A stretch of 64,000 bases of DNA from an uncultured bacterium (GTDB lineage Bacteria > Verrucomicrobiota > Verrucomicrobiia > Verrucomicrobiales > DEV007): contig CAXBMO010000010.1 of the NCBI GenBank assembly GCA_963977015.1, positions 96,001 through 160,000 of the forward strand. The letters are read 5' to 3'. A program made the translations under genes and the position numbers. Shown here one piece after another: positions 20,220 to 29,996 of the stretch. The notes under the pieces are model-generated. The model did no database searches and was not told the DNA's origin. It saw only the letters and a program-made list of their open reading frames with translations. Positions within the stretch are counted from its first letter, which is position 1; each line of letters opens with the position of its first letter.

Positions 20220-20549
20220 TTAAAGGCGAACGGCGGTGCCGGAAACGCTGACCATCAACATGGATCCGGCTCCTTCTTTGGATCCGGTAATGGTCTCGTA
20301 GTCGATATCGATTCCAATCACCGCGTTGGCTCCAAGTTGCTCCGCTTTGGATTCCAACTCCTGCATCGCGATTTCCCGCGCTTTGATGAGAGATTTTTCG
20401 TAGCCGCCCGATCGTCCTCCTACAATGTCGCGAATTCCGGCGAACATGTCGCGAAAGATGTGAACGCCGAGAATGGCCTCTCCGGCAACAACTCCGAGAT
20501 ATTCACGAACGGGATGCCCTTCAATTTGATTTGTTGTGCTGGTAATCAT
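20220..20549 (-). CDS. YbjQ/UPF0145 family protein
   Basis: TTNQIEG...[12 protein letters not shown]...GANAVIG...SGTAV. Confidence 0.92.
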   Translation of the reverse strand: MITSTTNQIEGHPVREYLGVVAGEAILGVHIFRDMFAGIRDIVGGRSGGYEKSLIKAREIAMQELESKAEQLGANAVIGIDIDYETITGSKEGAGSMLMVSVSGTAVRL

Positions 20550-20655
20550 CAGACTACCAAATTGCGAAATCAGAGGATATCCGCAGCTACAAAGTGCCGG
20601 TGGAATTGTAAAAATCGGGCAAAGAATCTGGCCCGAAAGCACTTGAGAAGAAAAA

Positions 20656-20730
20656 TGGCTACCCCACAAGGACTTGAACCTTGAATGACTGAACCAAAAT
20701 CAGTTGTGTTACCAATTACACCATGGGGTA
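20656..20730 (-). tRNA. tRNA-Gln(TTG)
   Basis: Reverse complement TACCCCATGGTGTAATTGGTAACACAACTGATTTTGGTTCAGTCATTCAAGGTTCAAGTCCTTGTGGGGTAGCCA folds as a cloverleaf; CCA encoded. Confidence 0.95.
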
Positions 20731-20808
20731 GAATGATGCGAGGAAGGGACTGTTGCTCAAAAACGATGTTTTGCAAGAGCTTTGCGTTTAAAGAAACGCT
20801 CAATTTCC

Positions 20809-22365
20809 TCACGATCCAGAATCGCTCTCCGCTTGACGAACCAATCGTGACGAACCGGTCATTTCCTCCGGTTTCTCGACTCCAAGCATATCGAGAAGAG
20901 TTGGGGCAATATCGGCCAGAATTCCATCGGTCAACCAATACGCCTTCGGTTGATTGGAAACGTAGATGAGGTGAACGAGAAACGTCGTATGCGCGGTGTG
21001 AGGCGAGCCGTCGGGGTTCCGCATCAGTTCGCAGTTTCCGTGGTCGGCGGTAATGAGCAGTTTGCCGTCCAGTTCGAGCACTTTTTCGACGACCGCTTTG
21101 ACGCAACCGTCGATTTTTTCCACGGCCTTGACGGCGGCGTTCACATCGCCGGTATGCCCAACCATGTCGGTGTTGGCAAAGTTTAGGATCACCAGGTCAA
21201 AATCGGCGATCTGATCCAACAATGTCTTGGTGACTTCGTCGGCACTCATCTCCGGCTGTAAGTCGTAGGTCGCGACTTTAGGCGAGGCGATCAGGCTGCG
21301 TTTTTCGGCGTCAAACGGCTCTTCGATCCCTCCATTGAAGAAATAGGAGACGTGCGGATACTTTTCGGTTTCGGCGATTCGCAGTTGGCTCAGCCCGGCC
21401 TTCCCGACAACTTCTCCGAGAACGTTTTTGAGCTGATCTGGGGGAAACACCATTGGGCAGTCATAGTTTTCGTCGTACTCCGTCAGGGTGACGTAGTGGA
21501 CCTTGGGAACTGTGCCACGGTCGAATCCATCAAACTTCTCGTTGAGGAATGCCAACGAGAGCTGGCGGGCGCGGTCGGCGCGAAAGTTGAAGAAGACGAT
21601 GACGTCGTTGTCGCGAATGCGCTGCTGATCAGGTTCCGCGAAGATCATCGGCAGGATGAATTCGTCCGTTTTCTCGGCTTCGTAACAGTGAGCGATCGCT
21701 TCGCTGGGCAGAATTTCCTGAAAATCGCCTTTGCCGTGCACCAGAGCGTCCCAAGCCAATTTGGAGCGATCCCAACGCTTGTCGCGGTCCATGGCATAGT
21801 AGCGACCGATCACGGTTGCGATTCTGGCGCCGAACGCTCCCAGTTTGTCCTCGCAATAGGATAAATACTTGGCCCCACCGGTTGGAGAAGTGTCACGACC
21901 ATCCGTGATGGCATGAACCCAGATGTCTTCGACACCGGCTTGGTTCGCGGCCTTTGCCAACGCGATCAAATGATCCTGGTGGCTGTGGACGCCTCCGTCT
22001 GAGACCAGTCCGATGAAGTGGAGTCTTTTCCCTTTCGCGAGTTCAAAAGCATCGACCAAAGCGGGTTGTGATCCCAGTTGGTCTTCCTCAATCGCCTTGT
22101 TGATGCGGGTTAGATCCTGATAAACGATTCGCCCGGCCCCCAAATTCAAGTGACCCACTTCGGAATTTCCCATTTGCCCCTTGGGGAGCCCCACATCTTC
22201 ACCACTGGTGCTGATGTAGCTAACCGGGTAGGTTTCATAGAGTTGATCGTGAAACGGAGTCTCGGCCAGAAGTGTCGCGTTGGCGTCTTTTTCAGCGGTT
22301 TTATTTCCGCCGGGGTTGATGCCCCAGCCGTCGCGAATGATGAGAACTACAGGTTTCTTGGCCAT
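20809..22365 (-). CDS. gpmI: 2,3-bisphosphoglycerate-independent phosphoglycerate mutase
   Basis: DGWG, GQMGNSEVGH, AETEKYPHV, DMVGH and TADHGN. Confidence 0.97.
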   Translation of the reverse strand: MAKKPVVLIIRDGWGINPGGNKTAEKDANATLLAETPFHDQLYETYPVSYISTSGEDVGLPKGQMGNSEVGHLNLGAGRIVYQDLTRINKAIEEDQLGSQPALVDAFELAKGKRLHFIGLVSDGGVHSHQDHLIALAKAANQAGVEDIWVHAITDGRDTSPTGGAKYLSYCEDKLGAFGARIATVIGRYYAMDRDKRWDRSKLAWDALVHGKGDFQEILPSEAIAHCYEAEKTDEFILPMIFAEPDQQRIRDNDVIVFFNFRADRARQLSLAFLNEKFDGFDRGTVPKVHYVTLTEYDENYDCPMVFPPDQLKNVLGEVVGKAGLSQLRIAETEKYPHVSYFFNGGIEEPFDAEKRSLIASPKVATYDLQPEMSADEVTKTLLDQIADFDLVILNFANTDMVGHTGDVNAAVKAVEKIDGCVKAVVEKVLELDGKLLITADHGNCELMRNPDGSPHTAHTTFLVHLIYVSNQPKAYWLTDGILADIAPTLLDMLGVEKPEEMTGSSRLVRQAESDSGS

Positions 22366-22509
22366 GATGAAAAACGGGAAAGTCTACCGCCCGAGCTTTT
22401 CCCAGATACCAATGAAATCAAGCGAGAACCGTGTGGAATGCACGGATCAGCCTGATTCAGGGAATGCTGCTTGCCAATTGAGGGAAAAAGGTTCGAAGGT
22501 TAGGCCAAT

Positions 22510-23940
22510 ATGCTCAACTACATCTGGTTCGCGCTCATTGTTATCGGCGTCTTCGTCGCGGGTCTCCTCGGCAACATTCAGGGTGATGAAGGAATTGCAG
22601 AAGGCGCTTGGGCCAGTGCCAAGGTGGCGATCAATCTCGCGATCGGGTTGATTGGGCTGATGATGCTTTGGCTGGGGATGTTGCGTCTGGCGGAACGAGC
22701 CGGTTTGATTCGGGTTCTCGCGCGAGGGATTCGACCGGTTATGACACGACTTTTTCCCGACGTCCCGGCGGAGCATCCTGCGATGGGAGCCATGATCATG
22801 AACATGGCTGCCAACATGCTGGGCTTGGGAAATGCCGCCACGCCGCTGGGACTGAAGGCGATGAATGAGCTGAACCGTCTCAATCCAAATCCAGGCACCG
22901 CAACCAACGCGATGTGCACCTTTCTCGCGATCAATACCAGCTCGGTCACGCTCATTCCCGCAACAGCGATCGGCTTGGTGGCCGCCGCCGGAATCGCCAA
23001 TCCCTACGCGATTGTCGCCCCGGCAATTGGCGCGACCTTTTGTTCGACCGTTGTCGCGATCATTGCGGTGAAATTTTTCCAGCGACTGCCGTTTTTCCAG
23101 GTGAAAGAGGACGCTCTCGAATCGTCGCAAATGGAAAAGGAGGCCCAATCCGTCGAGAAAGCGCTCGATGAGCCAGAAGGAGATGAGGTCGAGATTTCCC
23201 ACCAGCCCATCTCCGGGAAAATGCGGGTTTTGATCGGTGTGGTTGCGGTGATGATGGTGACGGTTGCGGTGTTTGAATTTGCGCCTCAGGTGCGTCAGAC
23301 CTTTCTCGATTCCACCGGGCTTCAGGAGATCATCGATCAGAACGCTGCGATGGCCGAAGCCGGAAAAGAGGTTCGGGATCGAAGAGGTGTGGTCGAGTTT
23401 TCCGGCTGGAAAGGCATCCTCAATTCAACGTCCGCGCTGCTCATCCCGCTGATCTTTGTCCTCTTCACATTGGCAGCTCTCGCTCGAGGCGTTCGGGTCT
23501 ACGAAGACTTTGTTGAAGGAGCCAAGGAAGGTTGGGATGTGGCGTTGAGGATCATGCCCTTTCTGGTTGGGATGCTCGTCGCGCTCGGGATTTTCCGCGG
23601 GTCGGGGGCGCTCATGCTTCTGCAATGGGGACTGAAGCCGATCCTGGATGTGGTGCATTTCCCGGTCGATGTTCTTCCGATGGCGTTGATGCGTCCCCTG
23701 AGCGGCAGTGGGTCGATGAGCATCATGAGTGAGATCTTGGCGACTCCCGACATTGCCCTTTGGATCAAGTACACGGCGGCGACCATGTTCGGTAGCACCG
23801 AAACCACCTTTTACGTTCTGGCCGTATATTTTGGCTCCGTGGCAGTTCGACGCACCCGTCACGCATTGGCCGCCGGTCTCTGTGCCGATGCTGCCGGAGT
23901 CATTGCCGCCGTTGCCATTTGCAGCCTGATGTTTGGCTAG
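22510..23940 (+). CDS. SpmA/SpmB fused nucleoside-recognition (Gate) membrane protein
   Basis: NMLGLGNAATPLGLKAM (SpmA-like) and RPLSGSG...GSTETTFYVLAVYFGSV (SpmB-like). Confidence 0.9.
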   Translation: MLNYIWFALIVIGVFVAGLLGNIQGDEGIAEGAWASAKVAINLAIGLIGLMMLWLGMLRLAERAGLIRVLARGIRPVMTRLFPDVPAEHPAMGAMIMNMAANMLGLGNAATPLGLKAMNELNRLNPNPGTATNAMCTFLAINTSSVTLIPATAIGLVAAAGIANPYAIVAPAIGATFCSTVVAIIAVKFFQRLPFFQVKEDALESSQMEKEAQSVEKALDEPEGDEVEISHQPISGKMRVLIGVVAVMMVTVAVFEFAPQVRQTFLDSTGLQEIIDQNAAMAEAGKEVRDRRGVVEFSGWKGILNSTSALLIPLIFVLFTLAALARGVRVYEDFVEGAKEGWDVALRIMPFLVGMLVALGIFRGSGALMLLQWGLKPILDVVHFPVDVLPMALMRPLSGSGSMSIMSEILATPDIALWIKYTAATMFGSTETTFYVLAVYFGSVAVRRTRHALAAGLCADAAGVIAAVAICSLMFG

Positions 23941-23953
23941 ACTGGTGGACTGA

Positions 23954-24406
23954 CTAATCGCGAACCAGGCGCCTTTTGATGACATCGGGGAGGTAGAAGA
24001 AGCCAACCCACGACAAGACGACCAGGCCGAAGGTCCAATTCGCCTTTCGAATCTTGGTTTCGATCGAGGCAGGTTTGGACGGCGGGTCAGGAAATTTCCG
24101 GATCGGGACGGGATTGCAGACCTTGCAAGGTGTCAGGCCGCGCTCGATTGCCAATCTGTGGGAAACTGCGGAGGTCGGCGTTCCGATACTGTGCGATTCC
24201 CGATGATAGCGAGAGCCGGATTGGGACACGTAAACGTCGACGCTTCTGCGCTCCATCTCCGCTTCATAATGGGCAAGCGCGGCCGCAAAGGTTCGCGATT
24301 CCCAATAGGCCGAGAGATAGACGATTCCCGCTCCGCAACACCAAATCACCAACGGAGTGGCCAGCAGAATCCATCCCGATCGGTTTGGCCACATGTGGTT
24401 GGGCAA
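23954..24406 (-). CDS. hypothetical membrane protein with an Ada-type metal-binding-like motif
   Basis: Two TM segments flank VYVSQSGSRYH...AIERGLTPCKVCNP. Confidence 0.65.
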   Translation of the reverse strand: MPNHMWPNRSGWILLATPLVIWCCGAGIVYLSAYWESRTFAAALAHYEAEMERRSVDVYVSQSGSRYHRESHSIGTPTSAVSHRLAIERGLTPCKVCNPVPIRKFPDPPSKPASIETKIRKANWTFGLVVLSWVGFFYLPDVIKRRLVRD

Positions 24407-24440
24407 TGCGTTTTCGAAACCGCCGGAAAGCGAACGAGCG

Positions 24441-26240
24441 TCAGCCTTTCTCTTCCTTTTTCTTGAAGGTCGATTTCACGTAGAGTTCGCGCAATTGCTT
24501 GAACTCGACTTCTGCCGGGCTGTCGCTCATCAGGTCTGTTCCGCGATTGTTCTTCGGAAAGGCGATGACTTCGCGAATGCTGTCTTCTCCTGCGATCATC
24601 ATGACCAGACGGTCGAGACCCAGCGCGATGCCGCCGTGTGGAGGTGCTCCATATTGAAACGCTCCCAGAATGTGACTGAAGTTTTCCGTCTGCTCTTCTT
24701 CGCTGATCCCCAGAACGGTGAACATTTTTGCCTGAAGTTCGCGCTCGTGAATCCGCAGGCTTCCTCCGCCGAGTTCCACGCCATTCAGGACGACGTCGTA
24801 GGCTTCCGCGCGAACGTTTCCGATCTGGTCATCATCTTCCAGCAACTCCAGGTCTTCTGCTTTGGGGCGCGTAAATGGGTGGTGAACCGCATTCCATTTC
24901 CCTTCCTCCTGGTCAAAATCGAGGAGGGGGAAGTCGATCACCCAAAGGAAATTCAGATCAGTGTTTCCTTCGAGAAGATTCTGCATGCTGCAACATTCGA
25001 GGCGCAGCCGGCCCAACACATCACTGACGGTTGCCCATTTATCGCAGCCGAAAAGAATAAGGTCACCTTCCTCGATGCCGAGGCGTTCGGTCAGAGCCGC
25101 CTTTTCCTCGTCGTTGAAGAATTTCACGATGGGCGATTTCCACTCGCCGTTTTCGACCTTGATGTAGGCAAGGCCACCGGCTCCCGCATCTTTTGCGACT
25201 TCCTCGAGCCTCTTGATCTGGCCCGTGGTGACGCAGGCAAATCCCTTCGCGTTGATTGCGCGAACCAGTCCGCCGCCCTCAATCGCTTTCTTGAAAACGC
25301 CAAATCCGCTTTTTGCAAACGTGTCGCTGAAATCGACGATCTCCATCGCGAAACGGGTGTCGGGGCGGTCGCTTCCAAACCGATCCATGGCCTCTTGGTA
25401 GGTCATGCGAGGGAAGGAATCGGGAATTGAAGTTCCGGTGCCCTTTTCGAACGACTCTTTGAGAATGCCTTCGATCAGCGGGAAAATTTCCTCCTGGGTG
25501 ATGAAGGAGGCCTCGATATCGACCTGGGTAAATTCCGGTTGCCGGTCGGCGCGGAGATCTTCATCGCGGAAACACCGGGCAATTTGGAAATAACGCTCAA
25601 CACCCGCCACCATGAGGAGCTGCTTGTACTGCTGTGGAGCCTGGGGGAGGGCATAGAACTTTCCCGGATTGAGTCGCGATGGAACCAAAAAGTCTCGAGC
25701 GCCTTCCGGGGTGCTCTTGGAAAGGATTGGCGTCTCCACCTCGGTAAACTGGTTCTCGTCCAGAACGTCGCGGATGGCTTTGCTGACCCGGTGGCGCAGG
25801 CGAATGTTCTCGGACATCCGGGGACGGCGCAGGTCGAGGTAGCGGTATTTCATCCGCAGATCCTCATTCGAGAGCTCCTTGTCCAACTGAAACGGAAGAA
25901 CCTCGGCTTTATTGAGAATTGTGACTTCAGAGACAATGACCTCGATCTCGCCGGTCTCGATGTTTGGGTTCACCGTGCTTTGGCCATCGAACTCCGGACG
26001 TTCGGAAACTTGACCGACAATCTGGATCACGTCTTCCTGGCGCAATTTGTGGCTCAGCTCTGCGGCGTCCGCGTTCTCTTCGGCTTTGAAGACGATTTGC
26101 GTCACGCCTTCCCGGTCTCGCAAATCGACGAACGTCAGGCCGTCTCCATGATCGCGACTCGAATTGACCCAACCAACGAGGGTCACAGTTTCGCCTATGT
26201 GCGATTTGCGCAGTTCGTTGCAATGTTGGGTTCGGTACAT
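24441..26240 (-). CDS. aspS: aspartate-tRNA ligase
   Basis: YRTQHC, FVDLRD, CFRDEDLRADRQPEFTQ and GAPPHGGIALGLDR. Confidence 0.97.
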   Translation of the reverse strand: MYRTQHCNELRKSHIGETVTLVGWVNSSRDHGDGLTFVDLRDREGVTQIVFKAEENADAAELSHKLRQEDVIQIVGQVSERPEFDGQSTVNPNIETGEIEVIVSEVTILNKAEVLPFQLDKELSNEDLRMKYRYLDLRRPRMSENIRLRHRVSKAIRDVLDENQFTEVETPILSKSTPEGARDFLVPSRLNPGKFYALPQAPQQYKQLLMVAGVERYFQIARCFRDEDLRADRQPEFTQVDIEASFITQEEIFPLIEGILKESFEKGTGTSIPDSFPRMTYQEAMDRFGSDRPDTRFAMEIVDFSDTFAKSGFGVFKKAIEGGGLVRAINAKGFACVTTGQIKRLEEVAKDAGAGGLAYIKVENGEWKSPIVKFFNDEEKAALTERLGIEEGDLILFGCDKWATVSDVLGRLRLECCSMQNLLEGNTDLNFLWVIDFPLLDFDQEEGKWNAVHHPFTRPKAEDLELLEDDDQIGNVRAEAYDVVLNGVELGGGSLRIHERELQAKMFTVLGISEEEQTENFSHILGAFQYGAPPHGGIALGLDRLVMMIAGEDSIREVIAFPKNNRGTDLMSDSPAEVEFKQLRELYVKSTFKKKEEKG

Positions 26241-26406
26241 TCTTTTGATAGGTTGGTTGGAAAAGGGGGGACGGTGCATCTCGGATCGCGGAATTCAACC
26301 TTGATTCCATCTGATTGCTGGAAAAACAGAGTTGCGGGGAGGAAGTGGCACCTCTACGAATCTGAATCAACGAACGAGAACCCCTACTCAGACAAGAGCA
26401 CACACT

Positions 26407-27570
26407 ATGAATCGAAAACTTCGGATGGGCATGGTCGGCGGCGGCCGAGGAGCGTTTATCGGGCAAGTTCACCGGATGGCAGCTGGATTGGATGGAAAGA
26501 TTGAACTGGTTGCCGGTGCCTTTTCCTCAGATCCCGAGAAATCGAAGCTTTCCGGTCAGGATTTTTTTCTCGATCCCGATCGCGTTTACGCGAGCTATCA
26601 GGAAATGGCCGAAAAGGAGGCTGCGCGCGAGGATAAGATCGATTTCGTGAGCATTGTGGTTCAAAATCACCTTCACTACGAAGTCGCCAAGACGTTCCTG
26701 GAGGCAGGATTCAATGTCATTTGCGACAAGCCGCTTTGTTTCGATTTGGAGCAGGCCTATGCGTTTCGCGAGACGGTCAAAAATTCCGGCAAGATTTTCG
26801 CGCTGACTCACAACTACACGGGGTATCCGATGGTGAAAGAGGCCCGTCAAATGGTGAAGAATGGCGATTTGGGACGCATTTTGAAGATCGTTGCCGAATA
26901 TCCGCAGGGATATGCCGTTGGCGACGTTGAGGGAGAAGGGCAGGGGAAAATCAACAACTGGCGTTCAGATCCGAAAGTCGCCGGGCTTTCCAATTGCACG
27001 AGCGACATCGGCACTCACGCCCACAATCTGGTCCGCTACATTACCGGGTTGGAAATTGACGAGATGTGCGCCGAATTGACGGCTTTCATTCCTGGAAGGG
27101 AACTGGATGATGACGGCAATATTCTGGTGCGTTTTGAAGGAGGCGCCAAGGGGATCATTTACGCTTCCCAGATTTCCAACGGAGACGAAAACGCGCTCAA
27201 TATTCGCGTTTACGGCACCAAAGCCTCGCTGGAATGGCATCAGGAGGATCCCAATGAGTTGATCGTAAAATACGCCAACGCGCCCCGAAAAATTTATCGG
27301 CGGGGGAACGACTATATCAGCGCCGCGGCAAGCGATCACGGCTACACCCGCACGCCTTTTGCCCACCCCGAAGGTTTCATCGAAGCCTTTGCGAACGTCT
27401 ATTTGGCTGCGGCCAGGGCCATGGGTGATCAAATTGACGGCGTCGCTCCACCTGCGGAAGGGTATGATTTTCCCACCGTTGATGATGGGGTCGCCGGAAT
27501 GGCGTTTGTGGCGACAGCCGTGCAGAGTTCGAATTCGAGCGATAAATGGCTGAAGTTCCCAAAGTCCTGA
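26407..27570 (+). CDS. Gfo/Idh/MocA family oxidoreductase
   Basis: GMVGGGRGAFIG, ICDKP and DIGTHA. Confidence 0.9.
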   Translation: MNRKLRMGMVGGGRGAFIGQVHRMAAGLDGKIELVAGAFSSDPEKSKLSGQDFFLDPDRVYASYQEMAEKEAAREDKIDFVSIVVQNHLHYEVAKTFLEAGFNVICDKPLCFDLEQAYAFRETVKNSGKIFALTHNYTGYPMVKEARQMVKNGDLGRILKIVAEYPQGYAVGDVEGEGQGKINNWRSDPKVAGLSNCTSDIGTHAHNLVRYITGLEIDEMCAELTAFIPGRELDDDGNILVRFEGGAKGIIYASQISNGDENALNIRVYGTKASLEWHQEDPNELIVKYANAPRKIYRRGNDYISAAASDHGYTRTPFAHPEGFIEAFANVYLAAARAMGDQIDGVAPPAEGYDFPTVDDGVAGMAFVATAVQSSNSSDKWLKFPKS

Positions 27571-27679
27571 AGGAGGGCGCAGCGGAATCCGGCTCAACTC
27601 TCGCTTCGTCCCTCCCGGAACCCACCAAAACGAAGAAAACTGGATTTTTCGCCCGGCTTTTCGGGCGGGGCTGAATGTT

Positions 27680-28057
27680 ATGTCAGAAGCGGAAACAAAG
27701 AGTGTCGTCGTTCTGGGCGCGAGCAACAATCCCGATCGCTACTCGTTCAAAGCAATTTGCGCATTGCGGGAGCATGGATATGCAGTGATCCCGATCCATC
27801 CTGCGTTGGATGAGATTCAGGGGATTGATGTTGTTGCCTCAGTGAAGGAGGTCCATCAACCTGTCGATACGGTCTCTTTGTATGTGAACCCTTCGATTCT
27901 CGGAAAATTGCTGGATGATCTCGTGGATTTGTCTCCCAGGAGAGTGCTCTTCAACCCCGGAACCGAGTCTGCAGAAGCTGTCAAGGTTCTGGAAGAGGCT
28001 GGGATTCAATGTGAAAACGCCTGCACTCTGGTCCTGTTGCAGACTGGCCAGTTTTGA
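27680..28057 (+). CDS. CoA-binding protein (YccU-like)
   Basis: VVLGASNNPDRYS...FNPGTE...ACTLV. Confidence 0.9.
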   Translation: MSEAETKSVVVLGASNNPDRYSFKAICALREHGYAVIPIHPALDEIQGIDVVASVKEVHQPVDTVSLYVNPSILGKLLDDLVDLSPRRVLFNPGTESAEAVKVLEEAGIQCENACTLVLLQTGQF

Positions 28058-28060
28058 TGA

Positions 28061-28098
28061 GAAAAAACCCCGACCACGCAAGTGCAGCGGTCGGGGTC
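28061..28098 (-). terminator. intrinsic terminator on the minus strand
   Basis: Reverse complement GACCCCGACCGC-TGCACTT-GCGTGGTCGGGGTTTTTTC. Confidence 0.7.
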
Positions 28099-28361
28099 AA
28101 AGAAGAACCAAGTATAACTGAGAGATTCAAGTGCCTTATTGTGGCGATCTAGGCGATCCAAAGATCGATTTTGAGGGCCTTGTTAGGATTGAATCTTAAA
28201 AATGGTAGCTGGGTTCAAATATCAGGCAAGCGAAATGTTAGGGTTTATGGATATGTTAGACTTCCTCCATTTTCGGTTGGGGAAGCCTAGACCAAGCTTG
28301 ACCATTCGGCTGAGATGCTGTGTTATAGAGTAAAGGGAGTTCCAAAGCTCCAATCGCAATC

Positions 28362-28646
28362 GTGAAAACTCAGATCGAAGACAAACTCAGGGAACTTGAC
28401 GAAGTTCTTCACTCCACGGAACTCGACGCCGAGGAGAAAGCGGAGGTCGTTCGGGAGATTGAGAAGTTCAGGCTCGAATTGGTTGGAGAAAGCTTCAAAT
28501 TACGGGCCAAAGAACGGTCGGAGGACGAAGATCACCCCGTTGTTTCAGTGCTCCAAGGATTGGGACAGAAACTGGCTTCCCACAATCCCAAGGCAGCGGA
28601 GAGGATTAACGCAATCTGCCTTGGTCTCTCCCGCATGGGAATCTGA
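28362..28646 (+). CDS. small helical protein, DUF4404-like
   Basis: 94 aa; ends H.P.....I...LSRMGI, as I recall for DUF4404. Confidence 0.6.
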   Translation: MKTQIEDKLRELDEVLHSTELDAEEKAEVVREIEKFRLELVGESFKLRAKERSEDEDHPVVSVLQGLGQKLASHNPKAAERINAICLGLSRMGI

Positions 28647-28676
28647 CTGGAGCGTGGGCTCAGTCTCGAGTGTGTC

Positions 28677-29975
28677 CTAGATGTCTCCGAACAATACGGA
28701 GGCACCGCCAATCGCACTGGCGCCGCGAACCACTTCTGCTTTCAACGGGACCGCGCGAGCGCTGCCGATCGTCTCTTTGACATTGGCGGCATGGAACGTC
28801 TTGGCACCTTTTCCTGAAAGTTGTTTCCCGAGTTCATCAACGAGGCGCGGAATGTTGTTTCCTCCCCCTGTAAGGATGACTTCATCGACGTTGGTGGTCT
28901 CGTGCTCGTGCAGAAATCCTTCCAGACTGCGACCAATTTCGGTAGCCAATTCGACGATACAGCTTTGGATGATTGCGGCTTCGTCGCCACCCCCAATTTT
29001 ACCAACTTCCGGGTGTTCCCAAGCGGTCTCATCGCTGTAAACAGAACGACGCATCTTCTCAAGATCCATCGAACTGAGTTTTCGGATGGCCTGCTTTTTA
29101 TCGTCGGAGAGACGGTTCTGAACCATTTCATCCAAATGACTGATCCCGAGGGGCTCCGAGTTCGTCTCGCAAAGTGGGAAGTAACCCAGGGATTCCAGGT
29201 CGATCGCAACCAACCCGAAATCGGCGGTGTAGGCACCGACATCGATGATCAGGACGGAGTAAACACTTGGAGGTACTTCGCCCAAAGTTGTGGCATCAAA
29301 CGAATTGATAAAGCTGATGAGATCGCTGCCCTGAAAAATGCGGCTGACATCGGGCATCTCTTCGCCGTCCTCGTCGCGATTCATGTAATTCCGCCCCTGG
29401 CTCAAGGCTCCGGTCAGGTTGGCCAGCGGTTCTGAAATACAAAAGGAACTCAGGGTTCTCCATCCTGCATCGGTCAGGAGATCGTCAAAGGAACTCGCTT
29501 CAAGGGAATTGAGGGCAAAATCGGGAATACAGATCCGCATAATCGCCTCGTCGGTGACTTCTCCTGTTCCCGCCATGCTGGGCACCAACTCGTTCTTCAG
29601 CCAGTGAAAATACTTCAAGCCGACCGTCCGTGCTTTCATTTTGGGGTCGTTCTGGCCGTCGATGGCGGGAGCCCGGTAGAAAATGCTTCCAACCAGGGAC
29701 TCGGGATCAAAGATCTTGTCTCCGGACTCGAACAACGCCTTTTTCCAGTTTCTGAAAACATGAATGTCATCGCTGGAGCGCATATCCGCCGCGTCCGCGC
29801 CAAACACCCACTGATCCCGACTCGCGCTCCATGCTGCGATGGTCGGGATGCAGACGTGAAGTGGATCAAGATCCAAGGAATCATGATTGAGCAATTCGGA
29901 AGGCGTATCCGGTTGTCTGCGAATAGCCACTTTTGTGTAAGCGGCTCCAAAATCGATGCTAATTGCGGGTTTCAT
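28677..29975 (-). CDS. stand-alone actin/Hsp70-fold ATPase
   Basis: Phosphate-1 SIDFGAAYTKV, connect-1 ISEPLA, phosphate-2 IIDVGAYTADF, adenosine ILTGGGNNIP and connect-2 GASAIG. No substrate-binding domain. Confidence 0.8.
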   Translation of the reverse strand: MKPAISIDFGAAYTKVAIRRQPDTPSELLNHDSLDLDPLHVCIPTIAAWSASRDQWVFGADAADMRSSDDIHVFRNWKKALFESGDKIFDPESLVGSIFYRAPAIDGQNDPKMKARTVGLKYFHWLKNELVPSMAGTGEVTDEAIMRICIPDFALNSLEASSFDDLLTDAGWRTLSSFCISEPLANLTGALSQGRNYMNRDEDGEEMPDVSRIFQGSDLISFINSFDATTLGEVPPSVYSVLIIDVGAYTADFGLVAIDLESLGYFPLCETNSEPLGISHLDEMVQNRLSDDKKQAIRKLSSMDLEKMRRSVYSDETAWEHPEVGKIGGGDEAAIIQSCIVELATEIGRSLEGFLHEHETTNVDEVILTGGGNNIPRLVDELGKQLSGKGAKTFHAANVKETIGSARAVPLKAEVVRGASAIGGASVLFGDI

Positions 29976-29996
29976 TGACGAATGCGAACAGGCTCA

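Noticed and set aside
24357-26504. Long antisense ORFs (e.g. 24357-25430, 25539-26504; also 34769-35746, 54583-55578)
   Set aside because: Shadows of well-supported genes on the opposite strand, with no recognisable motifs
28300-28345. GGCTGAGA resembling a TPP riboswitch core
   Set aside because: The other conserved elements are missing and the downstream gene is unrelated
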